From the NCBI GenBank assembly GCA_054661495.1, contig BAAFSQ010000025.1:32916-64915 (forward strand): DNA of 32,000 nt, given 5' to 3'. The notes under the pieces are model-generated. The model did no database searches. It had not been told where the DNA came from and worked only from the letters and a program-made list of their open reading frames with translations. Below, one piece after another: positions 21,770-30,816 of this stretch. Numbering within the stretch: position 1 is the stretch's first letter; each line of letters opens with the position of its first letter. Made by a program: the position numbers and the translations under genes. Origin of the DNA: Zygophlyctis sp. KS116. Taxonomy: Eukaryota > Fungi > Chytridiomycota.

Positions 21770-22151
21770 CTACAAAATAACATGTTCAATGGTCCGATGC
21801 GTTTGCATTTCAAATGCTTTGTACATTGCCAGCTCCTCCTGTATCAAAACAATTTCACCATGAGAATAGCGCTTAAGGCTGTGCTTTCTATCATACTCAT
21901 CTAATCTGAGTTTTAAAACACATACCTTGAGACCACGTATGATGGAAAGTGTCCGATTCCTCCTGAAAACTTACATGCTTGTTTAATCTATTGGTTGATT
22001 GGATGGTAGAAATATCATGACTTTGATCAATCAAAGGTTCATTTGAATAAATCTGATCTGATGATTTTCTAGATTTGGATTTGCGATGATAAAATGCGTC
22101 AAAGAATTGAGTCCAAGATCTTATTCTGGAAAGTAACTCAAATAAATACAT
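21770..22151 (-). CDS. Small PP1-binding protein with a Phactr/Bni4-type C-terminal domain
   Basis: Intron 21901-21925 yields KHVSF...HTWSQDEYDRK...IQEELAMYKAFEMQTH, i.e. RVxF-like + YDR + EL..K..EM..H. Confidence 0.75.
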
Positions 22152-22211
22152 GATCAATAATCAATTATCTTATTCCCGAACAAAGGCTTCCCATGGGCGG
22201 ATTCTCATAGA

Positions 22212-23908
22212 TTAAGTAGCGAACACGTGATTGGGATTCGTTTGCGGAGAAGAGTTTTCCTTCAATCCCTAGAGATTTAACAGTCACAAAGCTTACCCAT
22301 TGCACATAATCTGCAGATTCGCACGCTTCATATTCCGCAATTAAATCTTGAACGACTTCCCTAAAATATTGATTTCCTAAATTTTACCTTGAAGAATCAA
22401 ATTCCTCGAGTCCATCAGCAAACATTGCTTCACGTTTATATTGATCCAAATAAGCATTGCGCTTTCTCATTCTTTCATACTGAACAACTGTGCGCTTAAA
22501 CAGCTAAAACAATTAAAATTAATGATAGTACAGAAGCAATTGAAGTATGGTTGGCCAACATCAACCCAGAAACTCGCTGAGATTGATCCACAAAAGGACT
22601 CTTCCTGGAAAGTGCTACCTGAATAGATGCAGGCCCCCAAGGTATAAACTGTGCAAGACGACGTTCTCTGATTCTTAAAAGAGACTTATGAACCTACTAT
22701 TATACAAAAAGATCATACATCTGTTGGATCCGCCTCACCTTGAATTATATTAAGAATAGAGATATAGCAACTCTTTTTCGAAGGTGTAGTTGACACCATC
22801 CTATTCTTATTCTGCAATAAACGGCGCATCACATCTAAAACAGTCGTTTTACGCACATTTTTTGCATTTTCCACTTGATCATTTGTAAAAGGAGTATAAG
22901 AAGTCATTAGGAAATGACATCTAGGAGTTGGAATTAGTGAAGCTAAAAGCCCAACCAGATCATTATTCATGTATCCAGGATAACGCAAAGTTGATGTACT
23001 TGCACTCATTACAGTAGAGACCTATTTTAAGAAAAGTAAAAATTACCAACTGATTAGTTTGAGCAAATGTAGGATTTTGAATATGTAAATGATCCGAAGC
23101 AATTCTTGTTAAAGCAGAATTATCCAAAACCACCTATAAACTCTTAAAAAACCATTAAAATTACCACAGAATCCGCGTTTAGAGCCAACCTTTTCAAAGA
23201 CAAGAGAGAATTATAAGGTTGAACCACGACATCAGAAATCTTATCATCACTTGGAAAAACCGAATAAGTTTGTGTTAATTTTTTTGGATACCTATCGGAC
23301 AAAGTTTCCAACAAGTAAGATCCCAAACCAGAACCAGTTCCTCCAGCAATAGAATGTAAAAGCATAAATCCCTCCAAACTATCACTTCCATCCGCTTCTC
23401 GATCAATCATTTCCATAATTTCATCGTATACTTTTTCCCCTTGAGCAAATCCATAAGCCCAATTATTTCCAGCACCTCCCCCATCAGCCGATAATGAAAT
23501 ATTCTCTGGATTATATAGATTTGCATATGGCGAAGACAATATAGAATTGATCACCTACTTATTAGAATATGTATTAAATCTTATCAGAAACTGATTCAAC
23601 AATATCAGACAAGATATTCAAAGTTGAGCATTGTAAATAACTTACACGAGGTTCTAAATCCACTAGAATAGCCCTTGGGATATAATGTTCATCGTCAGCC
23701 TATATTTACACTTGAGCTTTTACCTGATAGAAGAAAACATCTTTTCTATCTCCCTGTCCTGCAGAGTCAGTTAGAATTCCCGAAGGCGATATCCCATGTT
23801 CAGCACAGAGCGTTTTCCAAAACTCTTGTCCGACTATACTATTACATGATTTTAAATACTTTGGTTTCCGCATTGTCCAACTTGCAACGTTATGATTTCT
23901 CGAGGCAT
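22212..23908 (-). CDS. TUB4: Gamma-tubulin, 10 exons
   Basis: [83 protein letters not shown]. Nine introns, one of 91 nt. Confidence 0.97.
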
Positions 23909-24229
23909 TTCAAACTGATTGCGGAGATTAGTTTAATATAATCTACCTTGTACGATTCAGTTGGCGATCAATGTCCTAAATCGCTAGTATAGTGTACAGA
24001 TGATCATGATGGATTAATGCAGTTGTTATATACCATTGTACATGTTTGATCATTAATCACAAGCGTGTGGATGTTTAAATTGTCAAGATTAAGAATGTCA
24101 AGAGTGCATTTATTAAGTGTACAAGAAATAAAATAGATGCAATAGTTTACCTAGATGGAATAGATGGTAGAAATAGATGAAATCAACTGATAACACAGCC
24201 TACGCCTTGACTGAGTGGTTAATTTGAAA

Positions 24230-25496
24230 ATGGCGGCGCTGACTGATCTTGAAATTCAAGCAAGAGCAGAGGAACTGGGTCTATCGTCTGTTGGGACTCG
24301 ATCTACGCTTTTACAATTAATCAAGGAGAAGGAAGCTGCATTTGCAAAGGAAGCTACACAATCAAAACAGGACTCGAAAAAGAAGAAAAGACGGCGAAAG
24401 AAGAAGAATCGGCTTGTAAAAAGTTCTGTTGATGGGTCTGATGAGAAAATGGATGATTTCATGGATACAGATGAAAATGTGGAAATCGAATATATTCCTG
24501 AACAGATTCAACTTGATCCTGAATTTTTAGAATTTTCTATAATCTTTAAACAGTTTCAAGAGCCCAAAGACATTCAGGAACAAGAAGAAGTGGAAAAATT
24601 ACCAGTTGATGAAACTCCAGATCTGGAAGATTTGGAAGATTCACCAGAAGATAAACCGCTCTCAAAAAAGAAATTGAAGAAATTGAATAGACCAAGTGTG
24701 GCAATGTTGAAAAAAGTAGCATTCATGCCAGAAGTTGTAGATGTACGTACTTGTAAATTGTTAATAGGAATAGTGGGTTGATGTGACTGCGTCTGATCCA
24801 TACTTATTGATTCAACTTAAATCTACTAGGAATACTGTTCCTGTTCCTGTACATTGGTCCCAAAAAAAGAGATATTTAGGGGGGAAGAGAGGATTTGAAA
24901 AAATTCCATTTGAATTACCACAGTATATTAAAGATACTGGAATTATGGAAATGAGAAATGCAATGATTGAAAGGGATGAGGCAGCAGGAATTAAAGGAAG
25001 GACTCGTGCTAGAATGAAGCCAAAATTGGGTAGGCTGGATATTGATTATCAAAAACTCCATGATGCTTTTTTCAAGTATCAGACTAAACCAATAATGACT
25101 AAATTTGGTGATATGTATTATGAAGGAAAAGAATTTGCAGCAAATGTTCAGTTAAAGCGCCCTGGATCATTATCTGAAGAACTCAAAAATGCGTTAAATA
25201 TACCTCCAGGGGCTCCACCTCCTTGGTTGCTGAATATGCAACGTTATGGACCTCCCCCTGCATATCCTAATTTAAAGATTCCTGGCTTAAACGCTCCTAT
25301 TCCTGAAGGAGCACAATGGGGTTATCATCCTGGAGGCTGGGGTAAACCACCAGTGGATGAACTTAATAGACCATTGTATGGAGATGTCTTTGGAATGATT
25401 AAAGCTCCAAAAGCTTCCAAGATTAATGAAAATATTGATAAAACATTATGGGGAGAATTAGAATCCGAACCTGAAGCAGAAGAAGAACTAGAAGAA

Positions 25497-25528
<32 letters not shown>

Positions 25529-25896
25529 AAAAGAAGTTGAAGAAACTGAAAGTCCAATTGAAGAGATTGCTGTTGCCTCAGGACTTGCAACTCCTTCTGA
25601 GGGAATCGAAACCCCTAAAACCATTGAATTACGAAAAAGGTAATTTTATAAGTTCTAATTCTAGTATTCCAACTTCAGCTCGCCCTCTTTATACAGTCCT
25701 TCCCTCTAAACCATCTTCTGTATCTGGATTTATGGGCTCATCTCATGGCTATGATTTACAAGAATCAACAGAGTTATCTCTTAATCCTGAAGATCTTGAA
25801 AGTGGAATAGAATCAGAGATGTTGAAGAGGAAATTGGAATCATCTGTGGATAGTAGCACTGGAGATAAATCCAAGAAGAAAAAGTTTAAGTTTTAA
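24230..25896 (+). CDS. SF3B2: Splicing factor 3B subunit 2 (SAP145/Cus1)
   Basis: N-terminal SAP-like motif, WVDVTASDPYLL..LK..RNTVPVP.HW, PKLGRLDIDYQKLHDAFF, PPPWL.NMQRYGPPP.YP.LKIPG, WGYHPGGWGKPP, C-terminal KFKF. Introns 24743-24773 and 25640-25664. Confidence 0.96.
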
Positions 25897-25934
25897 GAGA
25901 ATTTAATATTTCCACGAAACGGGTTACGAATAAA

Positions 25935-26681
25935 ATGAAGAGAAAGTCTAAACGTCTTGCTATATTTCCCAGAAAGAAATCTACACAGACTCCCTGGAAG
26001 ATTCATCCGCTTAAAGAAGTTGATTCCCTTGAAGAAAGTACCAGAGAGGAGTTATCTTGTTCTATTTGCATGGATTATCTCAGTGTTCCTCAAGCCACTC
26101 CTTACGGTCATGTATTTTGCTATGTTTGTTTGTATAAATGGCTGGAACAAGAATCGGTGTGTCCTCAATGTCGTAAAGATGTAGATAGCGCTCCATATCC
26201 TGTATATCTATTATCAAATCAAGTGGATCAAGCTCTTGTTAAATTTCCAGATCCAAATGCTCTGACTAGAATCGGCAAAGACTTGGAATATTATAAATCT
26301 TTTCCGGCTCCTTGGGATAGTATGTTTTCATGCAATTCAAATTTTTGGGATCATACATACTCTACATCATCATCGGATTATGATCAAAATGAACATTTTT
26401 TCTATATTACAAATGGGTTTGATCAACATACATCTGCTAATGAAGAAAATGATGATGACTCTAGTGATTCTGATGACTCTGATGAAAATGAATCTCCCGC
26501 TCAGGTTGTAAATTCTGAAGCAGATAGAAATGTAAATAATCCAAATTCTCAAAATCCAAATCTAGTACAGGATTCAGATAGTGATGATTCAGATTCTTCC
26601 CAAGGTCCTATAGAAATAAGATCTAGAAGACCTGGGCCGGCACTAAGAAGAAGAGGTCAAAGGGAGTTTCCTCGTATTTAG
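25935..26681 (+). CDS. RING-HC-like protein with acidic tail (Psh1-like layout); third Zn ligand is Tyr
   Basis: CSIC..L..P..TPYGHVFCYVC...W.....CPQCR and D/S-rich C-terminus. Confidence 0.8.
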   Translation: MKRKSKRLAIFPRKKSTQTPWKIHPLKEVDSLEESTREELSCSICMDYLSVPQATPYGHVFCYVCLYKWLEQESVCPQCRKDVDSAPYPVYLLSNQVDQALVKFPDPNALTRIGKDLEYYKSFPAPWDSMFSCNSNFWDHTYSTSSSDYDQNEHFFYITNGFDQHTSANEENDDDSSDSDDSDENESPAQVVNSEADRNVNNPNSQNPNLVQDSDSDDSDSSQGPIEIRSRRPGPALRRRGQREFPRI

Positions 26682-26706
26682 GTCAATAAGAGTCTCAAGT
26701 TTTGAA

Positions 26707-27955
26707 ATGTCAATATTGAAAATGAGTTTAGCGGGTGATGCAATGCTGGGAAGACTAGTAGATCAGGTACAGGAAATTCATTTGACTGTTGATGATGAAT
26801 CTAGAGCATATGTAAAATACTTGAAAGAAAAGCATCCAACCTTGTCCAATGCTGATAAGAATTATCCGTTTGGAGATTTATTGAGTGAATTTCAAAGTTC
26901 TGATGTCAATGTTTTGAATCTTGAAACAGCAATCACTACAGAATCTAGGCCTTTTCCGAAAACTTTCAATTATAGAATGCATCCAAAAAATATTGACATT
27001 TTGACCAATGCACAAATATCATACGTTTCCTTGGCAAACAATCATATTTTGGATTATGGAGTAAAAGGTTTGTTGGATACGATACATCATTTGTCAAAAT
27101 CAAATATTGCATACGCTGGTATCTATTATAACTTTTGGATAAATAAAAGGTGTGGGGAAATCAAGGACAGAAGCGGTATTTCCTACTTATAGATATATTA
27201 AAGGGATCAAGTTTGCATTCTTGTCTGCATCTGATCACCCAAAAGTCTGGGGAGCTTTTGAAGGATTTAATTACCAAGATGTAGAGAATCCTTCGATTTT
27301 GGGTCTATCTACTACGATCAAGGTTGCAAAAGAGTCTGCTGATTTTGTTTTGTTTAGTTTTCATTGGGGTCCAAATTATCAATGGTTTCCTGATGCGCAA
27401 ATACGTCGTTTGGCACACTCCTTGATTGATTTGGGAGTTGATCTCATACACGGCCATTCAAGTCATCATATTCAAGGGATTGAGATATATAAAGGTAAAC
27501 CAATCTTTTATGGGATGGGAGATTTTGTAGATGACTATGCGGTAAATTTATCTTATCGTAATGGTAATCGTGTCCGAAAATATTAAAATTAGATCTTTCG
27601 TTTCTTTATCAGTTAGAATACAATGTGTATGATTCTAGTGATCTTGAAAACATTGACCCGTCTCTGAAAGTAATTCAAGGTTGGGAAATACCAGAAATGA
27701 AATTACCAGGAGGATTCAATCATAAAAAGAGACTTTTCTTGTCAAAATTGACCTTGATTCCAACAAAAATTGAATTGATGCAGGTTAAGAGAATTTCAAA
27801 AGACTGCCATGACTTGAACTGGCTTTTTGAAAATATGTCAAGGTTTATTACTTTTTTAATAATCCAAAAGATTATGCTTTGATCTAGGGACAAGGATTGA
27901 ATTTGAGCGGGATCCTCTTGGAAATCCGACATTTAGAGTGTCTGAAAAAGATTAA
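26707..27955 (+). CDS. CapA/PGA_cap-family metallophosphoesterase
   Basis: GDAMLGR, NLETAIT, KTFNYRMHP, SLANNHILDYG, FHWGPNY, LIHGHSSHHIQGIE, YGMGDFVDDY, YRNDLSF. Introns 27119-27149, 27564-27592 and 27843-27870. Confidence 0.9.
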
Positions 27956-27962
27956 ATAAAAT

Positions 27963-29176
27963 TCAATCAAATGCTTTACACAAGGCATTAAATTGATCCA
28001 TTGATAGTCCTGTTTTTTGTACAATTTTCTCCCATTTTCCATTAAAATCTTGAAAAATTCTGTCTGATTTGAATGACAAGGCTCTTAAAAATACGCTAGT
28101 TAAAATCCAATTTTCCTGATTAGACGAAACAGAAGAAAATCTTGCATAATCAAAAGACTTTAACAGATTCAACAAATCATCTTCAAGCCGAAGTGATATA
28201 TTGAAACTTTTCTTGATATTATTATACGAAACCAGAATACTTTTTGAGAAAAGATTTAACCTTGTGACATTTCCCGAGTCTGATGACATTTTAAAATCAA
28301 TAGAGTCATCTTCTTTAACCATCATTTTTGAATTTTCCGTAATCAATCTATCCAAATACATCCATATTCTAGCAAAACAACTTAATTTTAAATTAAGCTT
28401 CTTCTTTGAGGGTACTAACCATTCTTCTTCCTCGGATGAATCAGATAAAGTTGCTTGTGAATTTATAGAATCTTGCATTGAATCATCATCTGATTCTTTT
28501 AAATTTACATTTTCTCTTTGAAATTGACCTTTTCCTAGTTTCTCTTTATTTATATTCTTTTTAGTACTTGAAGATCTTTCTTTAACTGAATTTCCAGACT
28601 GTGAATTTGCAGGCACTAAAGAACTCTGAGGCCTGTTAATTTCCACTTTCCTTTCCTTTATAGTCAACGCCTTGATTGACTCGTCCAGTCCTACATCTCT
28701 ACAAGACTCATCTCTGAGTGAATTGTCGTTGACTGGCTGATCTCTGAGCGACTGATTTCTAAAATGCTCAATGAGCGAATCCTGAGATTCTTTTTCTGCA
28801 GGAGAATGAAACTGTAATAGTTCAATTTGTGGCACTCTGGTTCGAACATAGACAGGCTCAATTGACATTTGTGAGATCAAGTACTTATAACAAGCCAAAC
28901 ATTCCCTAGAACAAAAGAAATACAACTGATCCATTGGCAACAACTTTAAATCCCTAGAGATTTTATATTTTCCCTTTAAACCAGACTTTTTCTTTGGACA
29001 AATCGGATATCCACATAAATCAGACGCACATCTTTCTTCAATAACAGTTTGGAACTGATCAACTGTTAGATATTGAGCCTAAATTTAATAGTACTAATTC
29101 ATACACTCTTGATCAGTACTTTAGCATCTACAAATGAATCAAAGAGAGCCGACTGCATCTCATAAACCTCTTTCAT
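27963..29176 (-). CDS. RTR1: RNA Pol II CTD phosphatase Rtr1/RPAP2-like
   Basis: One mini-intron near 29079-29104 gives VIEERCASDLCGYPIC...KYKIS...FCSREC and C-terminal LSCFARIW..L...IT. Start uncertain. Confidence 0.85.
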
Positions 29177-29299
29177 GATTAAAATATTTAAGTGCAAATT
29201 GTACTAAAAACCTGCGTCTAGACCTCGGCTATACAGTCATAGACTGATATGTCTGACTGATCGGACTGATCTTTAGTATAAGTCTAAATTGTATTTTTT

Positions 29300-29948
29300 C
29301 TATTTAGAAATTTCATCATAAAACTTGATTAGAATTAATACTATTTTTTCCATGGCTAATCTCCAATTATTAAATTGAGATTGTAATCTAGCATCATCCT
29401 CTGATCCTCCTAAATATTTGAAAAAATTAGATTTGGAAGGAACTGCCTTCATTGCAACTGAAAAGATTGGTCTAATTAGAAAAGAATGATACTTTGAAAG
29501 CGTTTCTTGATACGCACTAGTAAAACTAACCGATAATTCTTGATCCGGACGAAAATTAAGTCCTTTACTACTAAATTCCAGTGCTCTTTTCAGCCTATAT
29601 TTACAATATTTAAATTACCATAATAGAGCTTCTTTTGCTACATTTTGATTCTGTTTGATTTCTTTGAATACTATAGATTGTAGAGTTTTACAGTCTGGAT
29701 TAGATTTAGCTTGAGCTCTAATTGTCTATTATAAATTACAGTCTATAATTACTCTAACGTTTCCTAGAATATCACTCTTTACAGGTCCGAATGCAGTTCC
29801 AAGTAATTCTACTGATTAAATAGTATTTTCTACCCAAAATAACTACAAGAGACTCTGTAGCTTCCAAAAACCCAGTTATTTCTATTTGATCATCATTGGT
29901 ATCTACATCTATCCATGATTTACCAATCTTATCAAAGGCTGTAGTCAT
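29300..29948 (-). CDS. Glycolipid transfer protein (GLTP/HET-C2-like), 4 exons, not in the ORF track
   Basis: Introns 29809-29833, 29726-29752 and 29595-29618 give FLEATESLV..LELLGTAFGPVKSDILGNV, ALLWLKRALEF, AYQETLSKYHSFLIRPIFSVAMKAVP. Confidence 0.92.
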
Positions 29949-29983
29949 TCCTATGACGCAATCAACGATCCGGAACTTTACTT
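29949..29983. promoter_or_regulatory. 35-bp bidirectional promoter between the GLTP and stathmin-like genes
   Basis: Only 35 nt separate the two divergent ATGs. The spacer contains ATGACGCAAT and CCGGAA. Confidence 0.6.
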
Positions 29984-30788
29984 ATGGGTTGTGGAGCCTC
30001 AAAGGAAGCATCAGTCATACAAACTACGATTCCAAAGAATGATGATTCAAAGGAAAAGGCTGTAATGTTCATTGCGGAAAAGGGAGTACTTCCAGGGATT
30101 AAAGTCAAGTCGAGTCAAACGGCTGTTTGTTTTGAAATTCCATTAGAAGATCTGGCTACAAATAGTGTTAATACTCTTAAAAATAGTATTAGTAACTCAA
30201 AGAATTCTCTTCCTAAAATGGGTCTATCTAATGAAGATATACATTCTAAATTGGCTAATGCAGAAGAGAGATGGAAGGTAGTAGTTTATTTTTATATTTT
30301 AGGAATTGGAAAATAGAAAATCTAAACGGAAAAAGGGAGATCGGCCTCTACTTTCATCGTCTACAAAGGATGATCCTAAATTACTTGAAAAGAAATTAAA
30401 AGAAAAGGAAATTCAAGCGGCTCTTAATCGTCAAAAAGAAAAGGAAAAGTTGGCTGCTAAAATTGCTGCTCAAGAAGAACGTGCTAGACTAGTTCTTGAA
30501 AGGAAAAAGTTATTGCAAGACTCTAATCAGGAAGAGAGATTATCAGTAGGAGGAGAGAACGATTCTTCCCAGTCTGCGTCAGATCAGTCTAGTACTCGTG
30601 ATAGTGTCAGCAATCAATCTTGTTCAGAGTCTAATGCGAGTTCACGAATTAGTCAATCTTTAGAGACTGAAACCACTGATGTTGACGATCGTGATGAATC
30701 ATCAACTTCTCTTGAATCATCCCCAATAATTATTAAAAAAGACTTTAAAAACAAGACTCAAGAAAGAGTAGAGACTAGAGTCAAATAG
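29984..30788 (+). CDS. Stathmin-domain protein (STMND1-like), 259 aa, with N-terminal acylation motif
   Basis: Intron 30278-30302. MGCGAS; AVCFEIPL; LSNEDIHSKLANAEERWK; LEKKLKEKEIQAALNRQKEKEKLAAKIAAQEERARLVLERK. Confidence 0.75.
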
Positions 30789-30816
30789 AAAATATAGAAT
30801 TTAGACTTTTACTTAA

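Noticed and set aside
23555-23645. Canonical C/D snoRNA or TPP riboswitch in the long intron
   Set aside because: There is no RTGATGA C box or TPP consensus, so it is kept only as a structured intron.
23909-24229. Hidden gene or ncRNA in the 321-nt TUB4/SF3B2 gap
   Set aside because: I could not build a spliced ORF or a recognisable RNA, so it is treated as a divergent promoter.
25470-25550. GAA/GAG purine repeat and the antisense poly-Ser ORF 25325-25624
   Set aside because: It encodes the poly-Glu tract of SF3B2, and the antisense ORF is a shadow.
223-28521. Numerous 60-130 aa antisense or alternate-frame ORFs (e.g. 5725-6051, 10151-10486, 20414-20812, 28201-28521)
   Set aside because: They overlap well-supported genes and have no recognisable motifs.
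1779-30788. Fragmented ORFs as pseudogenes, frameshifts or stop-codon reassignment
   Set aside because: The breaks examined are resolved by GT-AG mini-introns that restore conserved motifs. TAA, TAG and TGA are all used as true stops.
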